This document shows positions 8,098 through 17,656 of a DNA stretch of 33,108 bases, in pieces (position 1 is the stretch's first letter; each line of letters starts with the position of its first letter). Origin of the DNA: an uncultured Bacteroidaceae bacterium (lineage in GTDB: Bacteria; Bacteroidota; Bacteroidia; Bacteroidales; Bacteroidaceae); NCBI GenBank assembly GCA_964465765.1, contig CAYXLA010000002.1, forward strand, positions 1 to 33,108. The letters are read 5' to 3'. Position numbers and translations under genes: made by a program. A model generated the notes under the pieces. The model saw only the letters and a program-made list of their open reading frames with translations, ran no database searches and had not been told where the DNA came from.

Positions 8098-8175
8098 TAT
8101 ATAAGAAATGGCAATAGATAACGTTTGCGATGGCACTTTCTTATATAAGACTTTGCCATTTCTTATATAAGACTT
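8097..8175. repeat. Palindromic TCTTATATAAGA units, 22-bp spacing
   Basis: Palindrome at 8139 and 8161; TATATAAGAAATGGCAA (about 8098) is inverted relative to TTGCCATTTCTTATATA. Confidence 0.75.
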
Positions 8176-8224
8176 CCGGGGGAGGGGTTCTGCTGCCACT
8201 ACTCCTTAAAAGGCTGCTTTCAGG

Positions 8225-8302
8225 GACATTAATGTCTGGGGGCTTAGACATTAATGTCTCGGGCCATCACGATTAATGTCTCGGGCCTTAGACATTAATG
8301 TC
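8225..8302. repeat. 22-bp tandem array of palindrome GACATTAATGTC, 4 units
   Basis: Units at 8225, 8247, 8269 (variant) and 8291. Confidence 0.92.
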
Positions 8303-8371
8303 CTTTTCCGCCGTCGTTACACCTTATTATATATATGGTGTGCGCAGCCGTAAAATAATAATAAAGCATTG

Positions 8372-8403
8372 TTTGCGGGTGTAGCAAAAAAGCCCTACTT
8401 TTG
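8372..8403 (+). promoter_or_regulatory. Bacteroidetes sigma-70 promoter for carAB
   Basis: TTTG (8372-8375), 20-nt spacer, TACTTTTG (8396-8403). Confidence 0.75.
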
Positions 8404-8509
8404 CAACTCGGAGTGAAGGTTCACCATGTGCATCAGCCACTACGAAACAGCACATGTGTGGGTTTCGCGTCCACGTACCATCGAGACTAAAAAGTTATAT
8501 CATAAGGAG

Positions 8510-9664
8510 ATGAGAAAAGTAACCCTTATTCTTGACAACGGAACCCGGTTTCAGGGTTGGTCGTTCGGATATGAAAAGCCTGTAGTCGGTGAGGTCGTGT
8601 TCAATACGGCTATGGCTGGCTATCCAGAGAGCTTGACAGACCCGTCGTATGCAGGACAGCTCATGACGCTTACCTATCCGCTGGTTGGCAATTATGGCGT
8701 ACCGCCATTCACATGTGCAAAGAACGGCATACAGAACTTCATGGAGAGCGGCAAGATCTATCCGGAAGCACTGATTGTGAGCGACTACTCTGAGAACTAC
8801 AGCCACTGGAATGCGGTGGAGAGCTTGGGCGACTGGCTCAAGCGCGAGCACATACCTGGCGTGACAGGCATTGACACACGCGAGCTGACGAAGACTCTTC
8901 GTGAGCGTGGTGTGATGATGGGCCGTCTGGCATTCGATGAGGATGAGGAACAGATAGAGGGTTACAAGTTCCCCGCGTACGACGCAGTCAACTACGTTGA
9001 CCTTGTGAGCTGCAAGGAGGTGATGATATATGCCGGCGACGAATGTACACACGTCAGCGCATACGCACCGCATGAGGAGGTCAACAAGGCCATAGAGACC
9101 ATGCGCGGCGGACGCAAGCGCGTTGTGCTGATGGACTGTGGCGTGAAGGCGAACATCCTGCGCAGCCTCATCAAGAGAGATGTGGAGCTGATACGCGTAC
9201 CATGGAACTACGACTTCAACAACCTGCTGTTCGACGGACTGTTCATCAGCAACGGTCCTGGCGATCCTAACAACTGTGGCGCTGCTGTTGAGAACATACG
9301 CACGGCAATGCAGAACTCCACACTGCCGATATTCGGCATCTGCATGGGCAACCAGCTGCTTGGCAAGGCTGCCGGAGCAAACATCTACAAACTGAAATAC
9401 GGACACCGCAGTCAGAACCAGCCGGTGCGTAAGGTGGGCACAACACAGTGCTTCATCACTTCGCAGAACCATGGTTATGCTGTGGACAACAATACTCTGA
9501 CCGGCGAATGGAAGCCACTGTTCGTGAACATGAACGACGGTTCCAACGAAGGCATAGAGAATACCAAGCACCCATGGTACTCGGTGCAGTTCCATCCGGA
9601 AGCATGCGGCGGACCAACTGACACGCTGTTTATGTTCGACGACTTTGTCGGTATGTTACACTAA
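8510..9664 (+). CDS. carA: Carbamoyl-phosphate synthase small subunit
   Basis: GEVVFNT, SNGPGDP, FGICMGNQ, SQNHG and QFHPE motifs; start placed at MRKVTL (8510). Confidence 0.97.
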   Translation: MRKVTLILDNGTRFQGWSFGYEKPVVGEVVFNTAMAGYPESLTDPSYAGQLMTLTYPLVGNYGVPPFTCAKNGIQNFMESGKIYPEALIVSDYSENYSHWNAVESLGDWLKREHIPGVTGIDTRELTKTLRERGVMMGRLAFDEDEEQIEGYKFPAYDAVNYVDLVSCKEVMIYAGDECTHVSAYAPHEEVNKAIETMRGGRKRVVLMDCGVKANILRSLIKRDVELIRVPWNYDFNNLLFDGLFISNGPGDPNNCGAAVENIRTAMQNSTLPIFGICMGNQLLGKAAGANIYKLKYGHRSQNQPVRKVGTTQCFITSQNHGYAVDNNTLTGEWKPLFVNMNDGSNEGIENTKHPWYSVQFHPEACGGPTDTLFMFDDFVGMLH

Positions 9665-9686
9665 AATCTTTGGAGGACTTGAAGAA

Positions 9687-12600
9687 ATGAAAGAGAATGC
9701 AATAAAGAAAGTGCTCCTGTTAGGTTCGGGTGCGCTGAAGATTGGCGAAGCCGGCGAGTTCGACTATTCAGGTTCGCAGGCACTGAAGGCATTGAGGGAA
9801 GAGGGCATCTATTCCGTCCTCATTAACCCAAACATCGCAACAGTGCAGACCAGCGAGGGCGTGGCAGACCAGATATACTTCCTGCCGGTGACACCTTACT
9901 TCGTTGAGAAGGTCATCGAGAAGGAACGTCCGGACGGCATACTGCTGGCATTCGGCGGACAGACCGCCCTGAACTGCGGCGTGGAGCTGTATCGCAACAA
10001 GGTATTGGAGAAATACAACGTACAGGTGCTCGGCACTCCGGTGCAGGCCATCATCGACACCGAAGACCGCGAGTTCTTCGTGGAGCGCCTGAATGAGATT
10101 GACGTCAAGACCATAAAGAGTGAGGCATGCGAGAATGCAGAAGATGCACGCAAGGCAGCAAGCGACCTGGGCTATCCCGTAATCGTACGTGCCGCATACG
10201 CTCTTGGTGGACTGGGCTCCGGCTTTGCCGATAACGAGGCAGAGCTCGACGTACTGCTCGAGAAGGCTTTCTCGTTCTCACCGCAGGTGCTGGTGGAGAA
10301 GTCGTTGCGCGGATGGAAAGAGATTGAGTATGAGGTTGTGCGCGACAAGTACGACAACTGCATCACCGTCTGCAACATGGAGAACTTCGACCCGCTGGGC
10401 ATACACACCGGCGAGTCCATAGTCATTGCACCGTCGCAGACACTGAGCAATACCGACTATCACAAGCTGCGTGAGCTGTCAATCAGAATCATCCGTCATA
10501 TAGGCATTGTGGGCGAGTGCAACGTGCAGTTCGCCTACGACCCGTCGAGCGAGGACTATCGCGTCATCGAGGTGAACGCCCGTCTGAGCCGTTCGTCGGC
10601 ATTGGCATCGAAGGCCACAGGCTATCCTCTGGCATTCGTGGCAGCCAAGCTGGGCTTGGGCTACGGACTCTTCGAGCTGAAGAACTCTGTCACCAAGACA
10701 ACGTCGGCATTCTTCGAACCTATGCTTGACTACGTGGTCTGCAAGATTCCACGTTGGGACTTGAGCAAGTTCCGTGGTGTGGACCGCGAGTTGGGCTCGA
10801 GCATGAAGTCGGTAGGAGAGGTCATGGCAATAGGCCGCACCTTTGAGGAAGCCATTCAGAAAGGCATCCGCATGATAGGACAGGGACTGCACGGCTTCAC
10901 AGAGAACAAGGAGCTGGAGATTCCCAATATCGACAAGGCACTGTGTGAGCCTACCGACAAGCGCATCATGGTCATCTCGAAGGCGCTGCGTGCCGGCTAC
11001 ACCGTCGACCACATACACCAGCTGACGAAGATCGACCGCTGGTTCCTCGACAAGCTGATGAACATAATGAACGTCAGCATCGAGCTGCACAAGTGGGGCA
11101 ACAACCATTCGCTGCTGACCGACCTGCCTGCCGACCTGCTGCGTCGTGCCAAGATCTATGGCTTCAGCGACTTCCAGATTGCACGTGCCATAGGTCTGGA
11201 GGAAGATATGGACGATGGCGTACTGGACGTTCGCCGCTATCGCAAGAGCCTGGGCATCGTCCCCGTTGTCAAGCAGATTGATACGCTGGCAGCCGAGTAT
11301 CCGGCACAGACCAACTATCTGTACCTCACATACAGCGGCACAGCCAACGACGTGGCATACGAGAACGACCATCGTTCGGTGGTGGTACTCGGTTCGGGAG
11401 CTTACCGCATAGGCTCATCGGTTGAGTTCGACTGGTGCGGCGTGCAGGCACTGAACACCATACGCAATGCCGGTTACCGCAGCGTCATGATAAACTATAA
11501 TCCTGAGACAGTGTCGACGGACTATGACATGTGCGACCGTCTGTACTTCGACGAGCTGACGTTTGAGCGTGTGCTCGACATCCTGGACTACGAACAGCCG
11601 CACGGTGTGATTGTCTCCACCGGTGGACAGATACCGAACAACCTCGCTATGCGTCTCGACGGAGAGAACATTCCTATCCTCGGCACCGACGCACACAGCA
11701 TCGACAATGCCGAAGACCGCGACAAGTTCTCCGAGATGCTCGACCGCATCGGCGTGGATCAGCCTGAATGGAGTGCGCTGACATCGATGGACGATGTCAA
11801 GGCATTCGTCGACAAGGTGGGCTTCCCCGTACTGGTGCGTCCGTCGTATGTGCTCTCTGGTGCAGCCATGAACGTCTGCTCCAACAACGATGAGCTGGAA
11901 CGCTTCCTGAAGCTGGCAGCCAACGTGTCGAAGAAGCACCCTGTGGTCATCAGCAAGTTCATGGAACATGCCAAGGAGGTTGAGATGGATGCCGTGGCTA
12001 AGGACGGTGAGGTCATTGCCTACGCCATATCCGAACACATAGAGTTCGCCGGTGTTCACTCCGGTGATGCAACCATTCAGTTCCCGCCACAGAAACTCTA
12101 CGTTGAGACCGTGCGTCGCATCAAGCGCATAAGCAGGCAGATTGCTCACGAGCTGAACATCTCAGGACCGTTCAACATACAGTATCTGGCACGCGACAAC
12201 GACATCAAGGTCATCGAGTGCAACCTGCGTGCATCACGCAGCTTCCCGTTCGTCAGCAAGGTGCTCAAGATTAACCTCATAGAGCTTGCAACGAAGATAA
12301 TGCTCGGCATTCCGGTGCAGAAGCCAGACAAGAACCTGTTCGACCTCGACTACGTCGGCATCAAGGCTTCGCAGTTCTCGTTCAACCGTCTGCAGAAGGC
12401 AGACCCCGTGCTCGGTGTCGACATGGCATCGACAGGTGAGGTCGGCTGTATAGGTGCAGACACATCGAGTGCACTGCTCAAGGCAATGCTCTCTGTCGGC
12501 TACCGCATACCGAAGAAGAACATACTGCTGTCTACCGGCACCATGAAGCAGAAAGTCGACATGCTGTCGGCAGCAAAGATGCTTCAGCAGAAGGGCTACA

Positions 12601-12917
12601 AGCTGTTTGCTACTGGAGGCACAAGCAAGTTCCTCGACGACAATGGCATTGAGAACACGCTGGTGTACTGGCCAAGCGAGGAGAAAGAGCCGCAGGCACT
12701 GAGCATGCTTCACCGCAAGGAGATAGACATGGTGGTCAACATCCCGAAGAACCTCTCTGCGGGTGAGCTCGACAATGGCTACAAGATACGCCGTGCCGCC
12801 ATCGACCTCAATGTTCCTCTTATCACCAACGCCCGTCTGGCAAGTGCGTTCATCAACGCATTCTGCACACTGACGCCCGACGACCTGGCAATAAAGAGCT
12901 GGAGCGAGTACAAATAA
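9687..12917 (+). CDS. carB: Carbamoyl-phosphate synthase large subunit
   Basis: GSGALKIGEAGEFDYSG, duplicated ATP-grasp halves, C-terminal MGS domain; ATG at 9687. Confidence 0.98.
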   Translation: MKENAIKKVLLLGSGALKIGEAGEFDYSGSQALKALREEGIYSVLINPNIATVQTSEGVADQIYFLPVTPYFVEKVIEKERPDGILLAFGGQTALNCGVELYRNKVLEKYNVQVLGTPVQAIIDTEDREFFVERLNEIDVKTIKSEACENAEDARKAASDLGYPVIVRAAYALGGLGSGFADNEAELDVLLEKAFSFSPQVLVEKSLRGWKEIEYEVVRDKYDNCITVCNMENFDPLGIHTGESIVIAPSQTLSNTDYHKLRELSIRIIRHIGIVGECNVQFAYDPSSEDYRVIEVNARLSRSSALASKATGYPLAFVAAKLGLGYGLFELKNSVTKTTSAFFEPMLDYVVCKIPRWDLSKFRGVDRELGSSMKSVGEVMAIGRTFEEAIQKGIRMIGQGLHGFTENKELEIPNIDKALCEPTDKRIMVISKALRAGYTVDHIHQLTKIDRWFLDKLMNIMNVSIELHKWGNNHSLLTDLPADLLRRAKIYGFSDFQIARAIGLEEDMDDGVLDVRRYRKSLGIVPVVKQIDTLAAEYPAQTNYLYLTYSGTANDVAYENDHRSVVVLGSGAYRIGSSVEFDWCGVQALNTIRNAGYRSVMINYNPETVSTDYDMCDRLYFDELTFERVLDILDYEQPHGVIVSTGGQIPNNLAMRLDGENIPILGTDAHSIDNAEDRDKFSEMLDRIGVDQPEWSALTSMDDVKAFVDKVGFPVLVRPSYVLSGAAMNVCSNNDELERFLKLAANVSKKHPVVISKFMEHAKEVEMDAVAKDGEVIAYAISEHIEFAGVHSGDATIQFPPQKLYVETVRRIKRISRQIAHELNISGPFNIQYLARDNDIKVIECNLRASRSFPFVSKVLKINLIELATKIMLGIPVQKPDKNLFDLDYVGIKASQFSFNRLQKADPVLGVDMASTGEVGCIGADTSSALLKAMLSVGYRIPKKNILLSTGTMKQKVDMLSAAKMLQQKGYKLFATGGTSKFLDDNGIENTLVYWPSEEKEPQALSMLHRKEIDMVVNIPKNLSAGELDNGYKIRRAAIDLNVPLITNARLASAFINAFCTLTPDDLAIKSWSEYK

Positions 12918-12992
12918 GCTTCGCTGCAGAAGCTTCCCCATACTGATTGCGTGTGGACATATTTGCGAAAAACAAAATATGTCCACACGTTT

Positions 12993-13025
12993 TTTGTAAA
13001 TGTAAACGAACTTTTGCTACCTTTG
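12993..13025 (+). promoter_or_regulatory. Promoter for the esterase pair
   Basis: TTTG, 21-nt spacer, TACCTTTG. Confidence 0.65.
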
Positions 13026-13081
13026 GAACGTTAGTTCCATTGATTGAGACAACAAAATTCAAACAACTAAAAATCAAATAC

Positions 13082-14314
13082 ATGAAAAAACTGTTACTAA
13101 CAGCTTGCTTGTTCTCTGCGGCAATGTCCGTACAGGCACAGCAGGCACTGTGGGGAGGCGCATCGATTAAGTCTCCCGAGGTGAATGCGGACAACACAGT
13201 CACGTTCCGCTATCAAGATCCCAAGGCGGTGAAGGTGCAGATCACTGGCGACTTCCTTCCTGAGGCTACAATCGAAGTTCCTAACTTTGGCAAGATGGCG
13301 ACAGCCGGCACTGCCGACCTTGTCGAGAAAGACGGCGTATGGGAGTTCACCACACCACAACCACTGGAGAGCAACTACTACACCTACACGTTCGTCGTTG
13401 ACGGCGTGAAGACCACCGACCCTGCCAACGTCTACATCAACCGCGACGTGGCAACAATCACCAACTACTTCATCATCAAGAAGGATGCCGGCGACAAGGG
13501 CGACCTGTACTCTGTCAACAACGTCAAGCACGGCACCGTTCGCAAGATGTGGTACCACAGCGATGTAATCGGCACCGACCGCCGTGTCACTGTCTACACT
13601 CCTGCTGGCTATGAGACCAGCGGCAAGAAATATCCCGTGTTCTATCTGCTCCATGGTGCCGGTGGCGACGAGGAAGCATGGTACACTCAGGGCCGTACCA
13701 CACAGATTCTCGATAACCTTATTGCCAGCGGACAGGCTGAACCTATGATTGTCGTCATGACCAATGGCAACGCATGGCAGACAGCAGCTCCAGGCGAGAG
13801 CACCGAAGGCTACAAGCAGCCGTCGATGGGCGGCAGCAGCCGTGTGCAGACCAAGGAGGCAGCCTTCGAGCTGCACTTCCCCGAGGTGGTCAGCTTCATC
13901 GAGAAGAACTTCCGCACCTATAAGGACAAGGGCCATCGCGCCATTGCAGGTCTGTCGATGGGTAGCTTCCACTCCGAGAACATTTCGAAGTACTACCCCA
14001 CAATGTTCGGCTATGTAGGTCTGTTCAGCGGTGCCAGCGTAGGCGGCAGCCTCAGCAACAACCAGCAGTACACAACCGATGTCTATACCGACTTCGATGG
14101 CAAGATGGCAACACAGTTCTCTGCCAAGAACCGTCCGTCACTCTACATGATCTGCTGCGGCAAGACCGACTTCGTGAAGCAGGGCGTTGACCAGTTGCGC
14201 GAATACATGACGCAGCACAACTATCCGTTCGAGTACGTCGAGACCGAAGGCGGCCACATCTGGCGCAACTGGCGTTACTACCTCAGCATCTTTGCTCCGA
14301 GGCTCTTCAAGTAA
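13082..14314 (+). CDS. Secreted CE1-type esterase with N-terminal CBM48/E-set domain (paralog 1)
   Basis: Signal peptide MKKLLL..AQ, SPEV..D.TVTFR, YLLHGAGGDE, AGLSMGS nucleophile elbow, GGHIW. Confidence 0.92.
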   Translation: MKKLLLTACLFSAAMSVQAQQALWGGASIKSPEVNADNTVTFRYQDPKAVKVQITGDFLPEATIEVPNFGKMATAGTADLVEKDGVWEFTTPQPLESNYYTYTFVVDGVKTTDPANVYINRDVATITNYFIIKKDAGDKGDLYSVNNVKHGTVRKMWYHSDVIGTDRRVTVYTPAGYETSGKKYPVFYLLHGAGGDEEAWYTQGRTTQILDNLIASGQAEPMIVVMTNGNAWQTAAPGESTEGYKQPSMGGSSRVQTKEAAFELHFPEVVSFIEKNFRTYKDKGHRAIAGLSMGSFHSENISKYYPTMFGYVGLFSGASVGGSLSNNQQYTTDVYTDFDGKMATQFSAKNRPSLYMICCGKTDFVKQGVDQLREYMTQHNYPFEYVETEGGHIWRNWRYYLSIFAPRLFK

Positions 14315-14346
14315 ACGCACACCACTATATATATAATAAGGTATAA

Positions 14347-15585
<1,239 letters not shown>

Positions 15586-15662
15586 TGCTGGCTGCGCGGC
15601 ACCGCATCATGACGGATATCCGTCGTGAGCGGCACATGCCGATAACACCAATATCAGTATCG

Positions 15663-15695
15663 AGGGCAGAGAGCTTCAGGCTTTCTGCCCTTTTT
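15663..15695 (+). terminator. Intrinsic terminator after the esterases
   Basis: AGGGCAGAGAGC / GCTTTCTGCCCT stem followed by a T-run. Confidence 0.88.
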
Positions 15696-15802
15696 GATTA
15701 TCCGGACGCAATGGCACGCAGTTATCATCATCGAGAGAGATTCTGTACAACCGTTCAATAATCGTTCAATACCCCTTGTCAGACGCGTTCTGAAGGCACC
15801 TC

Positions 15803-15982
15803 TCGTTCAAAAACCTTCTATTTTTAACGAAACCGTTCTAAAATCCCGTGTTTGCACGCGAAGGCACCCTAACGATGGGCATTCTTAGGGTCTAAGGATG
15901 GGCATTCTATGCACCTAAGGATGCCCATTCAAAGGACCATAGAATGGGCATCCTTGGACCCCAACGATGGGCATCCATAGAA
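15803..15982. repeat. Dispersed intergenic repeat, copy 2 (five 23-bp units)
   Basis: Same orientation as 173-352 at offset 15630, with a 113-bp identical core. Confidence 0.95.
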
Positions 15983-15983
15983 G

Positions 15984-16018
15984 CGGTGTTGGGTGATGGG
16001 TGTTGAGTTATGAGTTTG
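15984..16018. repeat. Heptamer repeat GGGTGTT-type x5
   Basis: cggtgtt gggtgat gggtgtt gagttat gagtttg. Confidence 0.7.
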
Positions 16019-16040
16019 GGGCGTTTTGCAGATGTATACA

Positions 16041-16153
16041 CGTTCATTGTCCATCGCACGTACGTCTGTTGTCCATCGCACGTACGTCTGTTGCCCATCA
16101 CACGTACGTTCATTGGCCATCACACGTACGTCTGTTGCCCATCACACGTACGT
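16041..16153. repeat. 22-bp tandem array, 5 units (CGTCTGTTGYCCATCRCACGTA)
   Basis: Units start at 16041, 16063, 16085, 16107 and 16129. Confidence 0.95.
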
Positions 16154-16181
16154 GTCTTTTCTGGGGGGCATTATCCTCGCG

Positions 16182-16277
16182 CAAAGTGTATATACGTATC
16201 GGCCCAAAGGTTTATACCTTTTGGCTCAAAGGTTCATACCTTTTGGTGCAAAGGTTTATACCCTTTGGCGCAAAGGT
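16182..16277. repeat. 22-bp tandem array (CAAAGGTTYATACCTTTTGGCN)
   Basis: CAAAG at 16182, 16205, 16227, 16249 and 16271; quasi-palindromic unit. Confidence 0.92.
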
Positions 16278-16398
16278 CTATGGACGTTCAGCCATAAATC
16301 TGTGGACGTACAGCCATAAATCTGTGGACGTTCAGTCACAAGAAACATGGCTTTACTCTCGCAAAGCCACAGGACGTACTGTCACTAAATTATGGGTT
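16277..16398. repeat. 22-bp tandem array (TCTGTGGACGTWCAGCCATAAA), 3 units plus degenerate tail
   Basis: GGACG at 16282, 16304 and 16326; decayed unit at 16372. Confidence 0.88.
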
Positions 16399-16435
16399 TT
16401 GGTCAGCATTTTGCATAAAACGCAGACATAAATGT

Positions 16436-16466
16436 TTTGATTTGTCAGAATCGGTGCGTACCTTTG
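16436..16466 (+). promoter_or_regulatory. his operon promoter
   Basis: TTTG (16436-16439), 19-nt spacer, TACCTTTG (16459-16466). Confidence 0.75.
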
Positions 16467-16519
16467 CCGACGCAACACCAGAGATAGTGTTGCACCGAAA
16501 AAGAGAGACAGAGAACGAA

Positions 16520-16606
16520 ATGAGCAAGATTGTGTTCCGACACCACCACCATCATCATCATCCTGACGAGGATTTCCGGCAGGCAGGTGGCGCGTGTGTA
16601 TGCTGA
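16520..16606 (+). CDS. hisL: Histidine operon leader peptide, 28 aa
   Basis: MSKIVFRHHHHHHHPDEDFRQAGGACVC*; seven consecutive His codons between the promoter and the attenuator hairpin. Below the ORF-track size cutoff. Confidence 0.9.
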   Translation: MSKIVFRHHHHHHHPDEDFRQAGGACVC

Positions 16607-16645
16607 CACATCAATGCTAAACATAGCGAAGACGCACACAACAAG

Positions 16646-16690
16646 AAGAGGCTTGCCGACATCCGAGACGGTAGGCCTCTTTTTTTTTTT
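16646..16690 (+). terminator. his attenuator terminator
   Basis: AAGAGGCTTGCCG / CGGTAGGCCTCTT stem plus T11; the 5' arm can alternatively pair with CGGCAGGC (16577-16584) in the leader. Confidence 0.9.
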
Positions 16691-16777
16691 GTTAGCCCCG
16701 CTCCACAAAAGACATGGGACAGTAGACAGAGAAACAACAATATGAAGAACTAACAATAAAATACGGAGAGAAAGATT

Positions 16778-17629
16778 ATGTTGCGAATAGCAGTTCAGTC
16801 GAAAGGCAGACTATACGACGAGACGATGTCGTTGCTCAGTGAGGCAGACATCAAACTGAACCCGAGCAAGCGGACACTGCTGATACAGGCCGCCAACTTC
16901 CCGCTGGAGGTGCTCTTCCTGCGCGATGACGACATACCGCAGACGGTTGCAAGCGGCGTGGCAGACATTGGCGTGGTAGGTGAGAACGAGTTCGTGGAAC
17001 GTCAGGAGGACGCAGAGGTGATTCAGCGACTCGGCTTCAGCCGTTGCCGCTTGTCGCTGGCAGTGCCCAAGTCGGCAGACTACGACGGCGTGCACTGGTT
17101 CGACGGCAAGAAGATTGCCACGTCATATCCCGGCATCCTGCGCCGCTATCTCGACGAACAAGGTGTGCATGCCGACATACACGTCATCACCGGTTCTGTG
17201 GAGATCTCTCCGGGAATAGGGTTGGCAGATGCCATCTTCGACATCGTGAGCTCAGGCTCCACGCTGGTGAGCAACAACCTGAAGGAGGTGGAGACGGTCA
17301 TGCAGTCGGAGGCACTGCTCATAGGCTGCAAGAACATGAGTGCTGAGAAGCGCAGCGTGCTCGACGAACTCCTGTTCCGCATCGCCGCTGTCCGCGCAGC
17401 CGAGGATAAGAAATATGTGCTGATGAACGCCCCGAAGGAGCGTCTCGACGACATCCTTGCCGTACTGCCAGGCATGAAGAGTCCTACGGTGATGCCGCTG
17501 GCAACGCCAGGGTGGTGCTCCGTGCACACCGTGCTCGATGAGGAACGCTTCTGGGAGATCATTGGCAAGCTGAAGGCACTGGGAGCGCAGGGCATACTTG
17601 TCATTCCCATAGAGAAGATGATTGTGTGA
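16778..17629 (+). CDS. hisG: ATP phosphoribosyltransferase (long form)
   Basis: RIAVQSKGRL, LRDDDIP, ATSYP, GSVE, DIVSSGSTL motifs and C-terminal regulatory domain. Confidence 0.98.
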   Translation: MLRIAVQSKGRLYDETMSLLSEADIKLNPSKRTLLIQAANFPLEVLFLRDDDIPQTVASGVADIGVVGENEFVERQEDAEVIQRLGFSRCRLSLAVPKSADYDGVHWFDGKKIATSYPGILRRYLDEQGVHADIHVITGSVEISPGIGLADAIFDIVSSGSTLVSNNLKEVETVMQSEALLIGCKNMSAEKRSVLDELLFRIAAVRAAEDKKYVLMNAPKERLDDILAVLPGMKSPTVMPLATPGWCSVHTVLDEERFWEIIGKLKALGAQGILVIPIEKMIV

Positions 17630-17656
17630 CACCCTGAACATGGAGGACAGAGACAG

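Noticed and set aside
16041..16340. Possible CRISPR array (also 8003-8302 and 232-352)
   Set aside because: Units are contiguous tandem repeats without unique 25-45-nt spacers, and no cas genes are present.
15694..16431. Overlapping ORFs in several frames (e.g. 16000-16431, 16010-16297)
   Set aside because: By-products of stop-poor 22-bp repeats; the same peptides recur across frames and show no protein motifs.
16530..16745. 71-aa ORF with TTTIIII as a Thr/Ile leader peptide
   Set aside because: Alternative frame of the His codon run; it starts at TTG and runs through the terminator, whereas the His7 frame fits the operon.
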